This document shows, piece after piece, positions 17,146-24,297 of a stretch of DNA of 32,000 nucleotides; position 1 is the stretch's first letter; the number at the start of each line of letters is the position of its first letter. Both the position numbers and the translations under genes were made by a program. The notes beneath the pieces were generated by a model that saw only the letters and a list, made by a program, of their open reading frames with translations, was not told the origin of the DNA and did not search any database. The stretch is taken from contig CAWJYM010000009.1 of NCBI GenBank assembly GCA_963847125.1, positions 1,282,170 to 1,314,169 on the forward strand, read 5' to 3'. The stretch is from an uncultured Acidobacteriota bacterium. GTDB lineage: Bacteria; Acidobacteriota; Vicinamibacteria; Vicinamibacterales; 2-12-FULL-66-21.

Positions 17146-18054
17146 TTGAAACTCGATGCTCACGTTCACACGGTGTACTCGGGACACTCCACAATCAAGC
17201 CGCTCGGGCGGGTGATGCGCGAGTCGTACAACTCGGTCGAGCGCGTCTACAGCCGCGCCCGGGAGCGTGGGATGGATCTGGTGGCCATCACCGATCACGA
17301 CACGATCGACGGAGCCCTGACGATCGCGGACCGTCCCGACGTGGTCGTCGGGTGCGAGGTGACCGGGATCTTTCCCCGGGACGGCGTCTGCGTCCACCTC
17401 GGGGTGCTCGGCGTGACCGAGGCGCAGTTCGAGGAGATTCAGCGGCTGCGCGGCGACGTCCGCGAGCTGCTGCCGTACCTGCACCAGCAGCGCATCTTCA
17501 CGAGCGTGAATCACATCGCGTCGCGCATCAACGGTCCGATCACCGCCGCCCACATCGCGGCGCTGCTGCCGTGGGTGGACGGCCTCGAGATTCGCAACGG
17601 ATCGCGGCTCTCGAGCCAGAACCGCACGGCGGCGGCGCTGGCCGCCGCGCACGGGAAGATCGGCGTCGGCGGAAGCGATTCGCACACCGCCCGCGGCATC
17701 GGGCGCACGTGGGTCGACGTACCCGGCGCCACGAACCGCGAGCAGTTCCTCAGGGGCCTCAAGACCGGCTCGGTCCGCGTCGGCGGCCGCGAGGGGCATT
17801 ACTTCACGATGGCGTCCGATATCTGTCGAATGGCGACCGGGTTTTACGTCGATCGCATGCGGATGCTCGTCTCGTCGCCCGGCGACTGGCGGCGTCACGC
17901 CGTGCTCGCCGGCGGGCTGCTCGCATTGCCGCTCCTCGCGGTGCCGCTTGCCGTCGCGCTGGGGCACTTCATCCTCGAAGATCGCTTCAATCGGAACCTG
18001 CTCGTGGACCTCGTCGCGCGCCCGTCGTCGCTCAAGGTCCCGGAGGCGGCGTGA
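17146..18054 (+). CDS. PHP-domain metal-dependent phosphoesterase with C-terminal membrane anchor
   Basis: The start is TTG 17146 (GGAGGAGG 6 nt upstream). PHP motifs are MKLDAHVHTVYSGHS, MDLVAITDHDTIDG, VGCEVT and VGGSDSHT. The C-terminal hydrophobic segment is AVLAGGLLALPLLAVPLAVALGHFIL. Confidence 0.85.
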   Translation: MKLDAHVHTVYSGHSTIKPLGRVMRESYNSVERVYSRARERGMDLVAITDHDTIDGALTIADRPDVVVGCEVTGIFPRDGVCVHLGVLGVTEAQFEEIQRLRGDVRELLPYLHQQRIFTSVNHIASRINGPITAAHIAALLPWVDGLEIRNGSRLSSQNRTAAALAAAHGKIGVGGSDSHTARGIGRTWVDVPGATNREQFLRGLKTGSVRVGGREGHYFTMASDICRMATGFYVDRMRMLVSSPGDWRRHAVLAGGLLALPLLAVPLAVALGHFILEDRFNRNLLVDLVARPSSLKVPEAA

Positions 18055-20237
18055 TGGACCCGGTGGCGATTGCCGCGGTCGTCGGCATCGTGCTCGTCGT
18101 CCGGCCGTTCCGGCTGATCACGATCCTCCTGACCTGGCGGGCGCGGGCGGTGGCGCCGGCGGCCGCGCGGCGGCTCTCGCGATGGGTCAGAACGCGGGAC
18201 TACACCGGCGACGCCTTCTTCGCCGCCGACGGAGCCGGCGCCGACGTCGTGGCGACACGCAAGGCCGCGCTCGATCGCCTGTCTTCGGCCTTTCGCGGAC
18301 GGCATGCGCGGTCGTTCGCGTGGAGCGCGCAGGTTCGCGAGGGATTTTCCGACTTGCGCTTTACGGACGCCAACCGCGTTCCGTTCCCGTTCGCCCGCGT
18401 GATGCGGGAGCGATTCGACCTCGCGACCGTCGTCACGGCGTCCGAAGGGCCCAGACTCCGCGACCTGGACGGAAACTGGAGCCTCGACGTGAGCGGCTCG
18501 TACGGCGTCAACGTCGCCGGATTCGATCGATACAAGGAGTGGATCACGGCCGGCTGGGAACGAGTGAAGGATCTCGGACCCGTGCTCGGTCCGCTCCATC
18601 CGATTGTCGCCGACAACATTGCCAGGCTGAAGTCCATCTCGGGCCTGGATGAAGTGTCGTTCCACATGAGCGGCACCGAGGCGGTGATGGCCGCGGTGCG
18701 CCAGGCCCGGTTCAACACCGGCCGGAAGCTGATCGTGTGTTTTTCGGGCGCGTACCACGGCTGGTGGGACGGCGTGATGCCCGGGCTCGGCAACGAGCGG
18801 GATCTCGACGACTGCCTGGCGCTTCGCGATCTCGATCCTCGCTCGCTCGGCGTGATCGAGCGTCGCGCGCGTGAGATCGCCGCGGTGCTGGTCAATCCGG
18901 TGCAGTCGTTTCACCCGAACGCGTCGCCGCCCAACGACGCCGTCCTGTTGACGAGCAGCGCCCGGCAGACGCAGGAGTCGACCGGGCCCTACGCGGCGTG
19001 GTTGAAGGAGATCAAGGAGGTCTGCGCGAGGTGCAACGTCCCGCTGATCTTCGACGAGGTGTACACGGGATTCCGCCTCGCGCCCGGCGGAGGCCAGGAG
19101 TACTTCGGCGTCCGGGCGGACATGGTCGTCTACGGCAAGACGGTTGCCGGCGGCCTCCCGATCGGTGTCGTCTGCGGGCGAAAAACCCTGATGCGCAGGT
19201 TCGATCCCGAGCGGCCGATGCGGCTTGCGTACGTGGTCGGCACGTTCTCCGGCCATCCGGCGGTCATGGGATCGATGAACGAGTTCCTGCAATGGGCGAC
19301 TGGACCCGAGGCAGCGGCGGAGTACGCCGACAGCAACGCACGGTGCTGTGCCTGGGCCCACTCGACCAACGTGAAGCTCGCCGAAGCGGCGCTGCCGCTG
19401 CGTGTCGTGCACCTGGGCACGATCTGGACGGTCCTGTTCACCGAACCGGGGCGCTACAACTGGCTGTTGCAGTACTACCTGCGGGTCAAAGGCATCACGC
19501 TGAGCTGGGTCGGCACCGGCCGTTGCCTGTGCAGCATGGATTTTTCGGCGGCCGACTACGCGATGCTGGAGAGCGCAATCGTCGAGGCGACGCGCGAGAT
19601 GCGTCGGGACGGCTGGTGGCTGAGCACGGAAGACCGTTCACGAAAGGAGCTGGGAATGAAGGTTCGACTGATCGGAGAGATGCTCGGCAGTCTCGTGCCG
19701 GTTCCGGCACCGCTGAATCGTTTTTATTCGGAAGTCATGCGGCGAAAGAAGGACGACCATCACGCCTCGCACAGCGACAAGGTGAACCAGCTGCTCCACC
19801 TCGTGAGCTCGAGCGTGTTCATCTATTGCTACGTCGTGGTGTTCGCCGACCTCACCGTCGCCATGTGTCTGGGGCTCGCATCGCTCTTCGTGCGGCAGTT
19901 CGGGCATGCCGTGCTCGAGCCTCCCTGCCACGACAAAGAGGAGACGCTGCTCGGCTACAACACCCGCAACAAGACGATCATCGCGCTCGGATTCCTCTTC
20001 ATCCCGGCCGTCGCCATCGCGCGCGCCGACGTGTGGTCCTTCGACGCGCTCAGGCAGGGGCTGCCGCTCGTGGCGCAGCAGTGGTTCGCCTGGACGATCG
20101 TGGTCGTCGGCGGACGCGTCGCGTACCTGATCTGGAAGTTCGACGTCCGCACGTCGATGATTTGGTACGTGAAGCTCGTGACCGACCCCTTCACCGACGT
20201 CATCGCGTACTTTCCACGTCGTCTACTGAGAGCCTGA
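18054..20237 (+). CDS. Membrane-anchored class-III PLP aminotransferase (GSA aminomutase/HemL-like) fused to a C-terminal DUF962/Mpo1-like membrane domain
   Basis: ORF 17352..20237 is trimmed to ATG 18054, which overlaps the PHP stop (GTGATGG). The N-terminal TM is MDPVAIAAVVGIVLVVRPFRLITILL. Class-III motifs are SFHMSGTEAVMAAVRQARFNTGRKLIVCFSGAYHGWWDG and IFDEVYTGFRLAPGGGQEYFGVRADMVVYGKTVAGGLPIG, with the Lys in YGKT as the probable PLP lysine. The C-terminal ~190 aa have 4 TM helices plus HASHSDKVNQLLHLV and FVRQFGHAVLEPP, resembling remembered DUF962 motifs. Confidence 0.8.
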   Translation: MDPVAIAAVVGIVLVVRPFRLITILLTWRARAVAPAAARRLSRWVRTRDYTGDAFFAADGAGADVVATRKAALDRLSSAFRGRHARSFAWSAQVREGFSDLRFTDANRVPFPFARVMRERFDLATVVTASEGPRLRDLDGNWSLDVSGSYGVNVAGFDRYKEWITAGWERVKDLGPVLGPLHPIVADNIARLKSISGLDEVSFHMSGTEAVMAAVRQARFNTGRKLIVCFSGAYHGWWDGVMPGLGNERDLDDCLALRDLDPRSLGVIERRAREIAAVLVNPVQSFHPNASPPNDAVLLTSSARQTQESTGPYAAWLKEIKEVCARCNVPLIFDEVYTGFRLAPGGGQEYFGVRADMVVYGKTVAGGLPIGVVCGRKTLMRRFDPERPMRLAYVVGTFSGHPAVMGSMNEFLQWATGPEAAAEYADSNARCCAWAHSTNVKLAEAALPLRVVHLGTIWTVLFTEPGRYNWLLQYYLRVKGITLSWVGTGRCLCSMDFSAADYAMLESAIVEATREMRRDGWWLSTEDRSRKELGMKVRLIGEMLGSLVPVPAPLNRFYSEVMRRKKDDHHASHSDKVNQLLHLVSSSVFIYCYVVVFADLTVAMCLGLASLFVRQFGHAVLEPPCHDKEETLLGYNTRNKTIIALGFLFIPAVAIARADVWSFDALRQGLPLVAQQWFAWTIVVVGGRVAYLIWKFDVRTSMIWYVKLVTDPFTDVIAYFPRRLLRA

Positions 20238-20277
20238 GCGGCTTGCGGCGCGCTGGGGTCTCGAGACGGGCTGTGGA

Positions 20278-20916
20278 ATGACCTGGTGGCTGTTCGTCTT
20301 TGCCGCCCTACTCCTTGGAGTCGAGCGGATCGGCTACGCGCTGATCTGTCGCGACCCGGAGCGGTTCCAGGCGTCGTGCGCCGCATCGCCGCTGAAGCGG
20401 CTTCGGAATCCGGTCCGTGCGGTTCGCGAGCTCTTCCTGATCAGCAAGCTCATCCAGGCCGCGACGTTTGCGGCCTGGATCTACCTGCACAACGCCGGAA
20501 GCCTGTGGCCTCCCGGCGGCTGGCTGGCGACGACGATCGGCGCCGCCGCGATCGTCGTGGGGCAGGTGCTCAACCTCGGCGTGTTTCTCACGCTCGGAAC
20601 GACCGGAGTGTTTTACGGAAGCAGATTCGGGTACGACGTCCCCTGGTGCCGCGGATTTCCCTTCTCGCTCGTCTCGCACCCTCAATACGTCGGGACCGTG
20701 CTCTCAATCTGGGGGCTGTTCCTGATCATGCGATTCCCGCATTCCGACTGGTATCTGCTGCCGGCGCTCGAAACGGCGTACTACGCGCTAGGGGCACGAT
20801 TCGAGGAGGACGAGGCTCCCCCTGGCGCGCGCCGTTTGAGCGCCAGGCCGCCGCCAAGCGCCAGCGCGCCGAGCACCCAGGGCATCGCACCGGAATCCAG
20901 GCTGACGCTGACGTAG
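20278..20916 (+). CDS. PEMT/ICMT-like integral-membrane SAM-dependent methyltransferase (phospholipid methyltransferase family)
   Basis: Starting at ATG 20278, the protein is polytopic (MTWWLFVFAALLLGV, AATFAAWIYL, TIGAAAIVVGQVLNLGVFLTLG). It carries the PEMT-like motif FPFSLVSHPQYVGTVLSIWGLFLIM. The last ~35 aa are low-complexity and antisense to the end of the convergent gene. Confidence 0.75.
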   Translation: MTWWLFVFAALLLGVERIGYALICRDPERFQASCAASPLKRLRNPVRAVRELFLISKLIQAATFAAWIYLHNAGSLWPPGGWLATTIGAAAIVVGQVLNLGVFLTLGTTGVFYGSRFGYDVPWCRGFPFSLVSHPQYVGTVLSIWGLFLIMRFPHSDWYLLPALETAYYALGARFEEDEAPPGARRLSARPPPSASAPSTQGIAPESRLTLT

Positions 20917-23492
20917 GTCTGCAACGCGATGATCATCGTCTCCGTGGCGGGGGCGAAGTTCAGCGGGCGATCGAGGAACCGCAGAACGTCCACCCAGTCG
21001 GGCAGCAGGATGTTCGCCATGAGCAGTCCAACGCCGAGCGACACGAGCGAGCCGCCCACCCGTCGATACCAGCCGCCCGCGCTCGCCGCCGACATCGCGA
21101 CCACCACCCAGAGCAGTGTCGCGATCAGAATCGCCACGACGGTCATCCGAATCGCCGGCGAGATCCAGAACCCATGCCAGAAGCCGAGGGGTCCGTGGTA
21201 CGCGAGGAGCGCGACGAGCACCATCGATCCTGGAATCGAAGAGCCGACGGCCGCCGCGAGCAGCCGGCCGCGTCCCTCGTGCTGCAATGCCGTGCTCTCG
21301 AGCGCGAGACCGACGCTCCCGACGATCAGCAGTGCCCCGGCGCCGATCCACGCGGTCGTGAATCCGGCCAGCGCGCCGGCCACGAAGCCGACCAGCAGGA
21401 GACTTACTGCGGCCGCGGCCAGCGACGCACGCAGGTCCGACGGCCGATCCGCCAGGCGCCATGGCGCGGCCGACGCCGTCCAGAGGACGCGGCCGATCCT
21501 CGCGGCCAGGTCGAGCGTTCCGGTCGTCGGGCGCCGCGACGTCAGCCATCCCACGCCCAGCAGCACGCACACGCCGATCAACATCCCGGCGGCTGCGACA
21601 CGAATCCAGGCGCCGCGCCCGGCAACCGCGATCGCCTGCCGCGCGGACGCCAGATCGAAGGCCGGGAAGTCCAGGTCGGCCCCGAAGCGATCGGCGTGCC
21701 GTGCCGCGGCAGACGCGAACGCGGTCCGACCGGCCGTCCACCGCGCCCAGGCCTCGGCGTCACCCGTCTCGAGCCAGCGATAGTAGCTGAGGAACGCCAG
21801 CCGCCACGCCGCGAGAGCGTCGAACAGCGTTTCCTGATACTCGAGCGATCGAAGCGCGTCGTCGCAGATCGGCCCGCACGTGTCGGCGCGGACGGTTGCG
21901 AGCGCCGTGACGAGCGCCTGCCTCGACCGCCGCACCGCCGCCGCCGAGGCCTCACCTTCCTCGATGGCGACGTCGACTTCATCTCGAGCGCCTCGATAGA
22001 CGAGGCTCAACAGGCTGTGCCACCCGCCGAGCCTGTCCCACTCGAAGATCCACATGAGCGGCGGGATTTCCAGGCCGCGGACCCGCACCTCGCGTTCGGC
22101 GAACGGCCGGATGTAAAACCCCTTGCGGACTGCGTCACGAGTCGCGGTCAACAGACTCGCAACGGCGGCCGCGACCTCCGAATCACCTCCGAATCTCTCG
22201 GCGGCCCAGCGTCTGACGAGCTGGTCCACATCGGCGTGGCGATCCACCGCCAGACGCGAGGCGACATACACGTTGACATCCGTCCAGAGCCAGAATCCGT
22301 GCACGGCGTAGAGCGATCGAGGCCCCGCGCGAAGCGGCCCACCCAGCTGCGACCACAGGTACGTGCCGACGATGCGGGGATTGGCCGCGGTGAGAACGCG
22401 CAAGGCGTGCGCGTGTTCTTCCCCGAGGAAATTCGGAAACGCGCCGAAGCCCTCGAATTCCGGCCTCGCCTGCAGCTCGACGATCCGGCGATGGCGTCCG
22501 CCGAAGAGCGTCGGGTTGAGCGGCAGGTAGCTGAAAAAATCACCGGCCGTGAACTTGGTCGAGACGATGAGGGCCGGAGAGTCGATGTCGCCGAGGGCCG
22601 CCTCGTAGACGCGCGGGTCGGTGTGCAGGCGACCAATCTTGCCGACGCCGACGGTCCAGCTTCGCAACACGAGCGTCTTGTCCCTCGCCTCGAACAGCGG
22701 CAGCAGGCCGCCGAGCATCGCCTTGAGGCTTTCCGCGTCCCGGACGGCAATCTCGCTTCGGTAGTCCCAGCCGGCGGTGTTGTACAGGGCGCCTGCTTCA
22801 CCGACCCTGATGACGAGGCCTTCGATCGACGGCACCGCGTCGAACAACTCCTGGAGGCCGGCCCGATAGACCGCCCAGACTTCAGGGTCGGACGTGTCGA
22901 TGCCCGCGGCATTCGAGCCGGGGGCGAGACCGCGCAGATATCGGGAAAGGGGAGGAGTGAGGGTCAGCATGTCGGCGGTGAGAAACACCTGCATCCCGCG
23001 CCGTGCGGTCCATTCGAGCAGCGGTCCAAAGTGCCGGCGCACCGCCGCGTGTCTGGCGAGGAATGGGCTCCCCTGCTCGTAAACGCTATCGAAGTCTATG
23101 AGCTCGAGCAGCAACGGTACGGCGATCGCGTTGTTGCCGTACTCGAGCATGCGGTCCACGTAGGCGCGCCACTGGCGGTCGAGGCGTTGGAACGCTGCCT
23201 CGTCTACGTATGGCGGGTCTTTGAGGATGACCTCTCGGAAAGCCCGCTGGTCGTGCAGGTAGTCGCTCCCCCACCCAACGAGCGGAACGCCGACGCCCCC
23301 GCTGTCTACGAGCCGGAGCGGAAGAGGGGCGCCCTCACGCTCTGCCGGGGCCGGTTCGGCCTGGATCCCGGGCCGCTTCGGCCCGACTCGAACGTCGTAG
23401 AAGGATTCGAACGCGAGGACGGCGAAAAGCGCCAGTCCGGCCGTCAGGACGCCGGCAACGATCGGTTTGACACCGCGCATGAGGCTGAGCAC
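20781..23492 (-). CDS. Large membrane protein: N-terminal TM anchor, ~550-aa glycoside-hydrolase-like (TIM-barrel-like, tentative) domain, C-terminal polytopic domain (~8 TM)
   Basis: The start is GTG 23492 (or ATG 23480). The N-terminal anchor is KPIVAGVLTAGLALFAVLAF. The central region has hydrolase-like blocks (MLEYGNNAIAVPLLLELIDF, MQVFLTADMLTL, IEGLVIRVGEAGALYNTAGWDY, LVLRSWTVGVG, IVELQARPEFEGFGAFPNFLGEEH, YLWSQLGG). These are reminiscent of GH67/GH115-type folds, but I cannot assign a family. The C-terminal 300 aa is almost entirely hydrophobic helices. Confidence 0.7.
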   Translation of the reverse strand: MLSLMRGVKPIVAGVLTAGLALFAVLAFESFYDVRVGPKRPGIQAEPAPAEREGAPLPLRLVDSGGVGVPLVGWGSDYLHDQRAFREVILKDPPYVDEAAFQRLDRQWRAYVDRMLEYGNNAIAVPLLLELIDFDSVYEQGSPFLARHAAVRRHFGPLLEWTARRGMQVFLTADMLTLTPPLSRYLRGLAPGSNAAGIDTSDPEVWAVYRAGLQELFDAVPSIEGLVIRVGEAGALYNTAGWDYRSEIAVRDAESLKAMLGGLLPLFEARDKTLVLRSWTVGVGKIGRLHTDPRVYEAALGDIDSPALIVSTKFTAGDFFSYLPLNPTLFGGRHRRIVELQARPEFEGFGAFPNFLGEEHAHALRVLTAANPRIVGTYLWSQLGGPLRAGPRSLYAVHGFWLWTDVNVYVASRLAVDRHADVDQLVRRWAAERFGGDSEVAAAVASLLTATRDAVRKGFYIRPFAEREVRVRGLEIPPLMWIFEWDRLGGWHSLLSLVYRGARDEVDVAIEEGEASAAAVRRSRQALVTALATVRADTCGPICDDALRSLEYQETLFDALAAWRLAFLSYYRWLETGDAEAWARWTAGRTAFASAAARHADRFGADLDFPAFDLASARQAIAVAGRGAWIRVAAAGMLIGVCVLLGVGWLTSRRPTTGTLDLAARIGRVLWTASAAPWRLADRPSDLRASLAAAAVSLLLVGFVAGALAGFTTAWIGAGALLIVGSVGLALESTALQHEGRGRLLAAAVGSSIPGSMVLVALLAYHGPLGFWHGFWISPAIRMTVVAILIATLLWVVVAMSAASAGGWYRRVGGSLVSLGVGLLMANILLPDWVDVLRFLDRPLNFAPATETMIIALQTYVSVSLDSGAMPWVLGALALGGGLALKRRAPGGASSSSNRAPSA

Positions 23493-23493
23493 G

Positions 23494-23588
23494 TGATTTT
23501 ACGTCGTGATCCCACCGGCGCAATGACCCTGTTACGGTTCTGAGGCAAAGTTTTCAAGTCGCCCGTCCCAGCAGGCGACCTTCGCACG
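23494..23588 (+). repeat. Intergenic repeat, copy 2 (one GTGATCC...ACGGTTC module plus the conserved hairpin module)
   Basis: 23494-23540 is TGATTTTACGTCGTGATCCCACCGGCGCAATGACCCTGTTACGGTTC. 23558-23588 is GTCGCCCGTCCCAGCAGGCGACCTTCGCACG. It has the same orientation and module order as copy 1 at 16956-17093, and lies upstream of GTG 23674. Confidence 0.75.
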
Positions 23589-23598
23589 CATCTGCGCA

Positions 23599-23657
23599 GG
23601 TGGTACGACCCTTCAGGGTCGTCACGCTGCCAGGACGAGGCTAAAGCCTCGTACCAC
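23599..23657. repeat. Pair of inverted REP-like hairpin elements
   Basis: 23599-23625 is GGTGGTACGACCCTTCAGGGTCGTCAC (stem ACGACCC/GGGTCGT). 23631-23657 is CAGGACGAGGCTAAAGCCTCGTACCAC, whose reverse complement is GTGGTACGAGGCTTTAGCCTCGTCCTG. The scaffold GTGGTACGA..CTTyAG..TCGTC is shared, with a compensatory CC/GG to GG/CC swap in the stem. Confidence 0.7.
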
Positions 23658-23673
23658 AGTCGCGGGAGGTCAC

Positions 23674-24297
23674 GTGACGCGGGTCGACCGGACGCCGACG
23701 GTCTGGGGCGTACTCACCGCCCTCATCTGCCACCCAATCGAGCACTTCGTGCGCGGCTGGAACTGGAAGGCTGCGACGGTGAGCTCGGCCTGCCGCGCCG
23801 CGATCTTTTTCGCCGTCAACCTGCCTGCCGGGCTCGAAGCGGGCCTCCGGGCCATGGCAACGGAGATGGCCTTTCGGGCGGTGGCTTCCGGCGCGCTCGG
23901 GAGCGCGACGCAGGCCTTTCGCACGGCAACGCCGGTCGGCACCGCGACGATTGCCGCGCTGCTGGTGATTCCGGCGACGGGGCACCTTGCCGAATACGGC
24001 GTCCATTGGCTGGCCGGCACCGCGCGCCTCGGCGAGAGCATCGCCGTGTCGGTCGCGTTCAGCGTCCTGACGACGGCGTTCAACCTGTTCGCGATGCGGC
24101 GCGGCGCGCTGATCGTCGGCGACGGCGAGCAGACGCTCGCCGCGGATGTACGCCGCATGCCCGGGCTGATCGTGGCATTCGTCCGGGCGATCGTCGCGGC
24201 GGCAAGACGCGGAGGCGGCCTTGGGCGCCGAAGCGCAAAGCGCGGAGGCGGCAGACCGCCGGACGGAGGCACATGTCCGTTTCCACGCTCCACCTGA
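23674..24297 (+). CDS. Hypothetical integral membrane protein (about 4 TM)
   Basis: The start is GTG 23674 (GGGAGG 4 nt upstream). Hydrophobic helices are VWGVLTALICHPI, CRAAIFFAVNLPAGL, GTATIAALLVIPATG and IAVSVAFSVLTTAFNLFA. An Arg/Gly-rich tail overlaps the next gene by 25 nt. I recognise no family. Confidence 0.55.
   Translation: MTRVDRTPTVWGVLTALICHPIEHFVRGWNWKAATVSSACRAAIFFAVNLPAGLEAGLRAMATEMAFRAVASGALGSATQAFRTATPVGTATIAALLVIPATGHLAEYGVHWLAGTARLGESIAVSVAFSVLTTAFNLFAMRRGALIVGDGEQTLAADVRRMPGLIVAFVRAIVAAARRGGGLGRRSAKRGGGRPPDGGTCPFPRST

Noticed and set aside
17352-18053. N-terminal 234 codons of ORF 17352..20237, plus the analogous upstream extensions of ORFs 1674, 16085, 24006 and 26509(-)
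   Set aside because: Each extension overlaps a better-supported gene or an intergenic region in another frame and is Arg-rich. Each has an internal start with a Shine-Dalgarno-like sequence and a sensible N-terminus (signal peptide, TM helix or family-typical start).
20781-20916. 136-nt convergent overlap of the PEMT gene and the 903-aa gene. A possible fifth frameshift lies at CCCCCTGG (20818-20825), which would end PEMT as ...EEDEAPLARAV* at 20837-20839.
   Set aside because: Both current tails are short and low-complexity, and I cannot tell from sequence alone which ending is real. Even the corrected version still overlaps. This is too weak to call, and I note it only as a site to check alongside the CCWGG pattern.
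20286-23543. 1085-aa plus-strand ORF, the longest in the window
   Set aside because: It is out of frame with the PEMT gene, antisense to the 903-aa membrane protein, and extremely Arg/Pro/Glu-rich with no motifs. I treat it as a compositional artefact.
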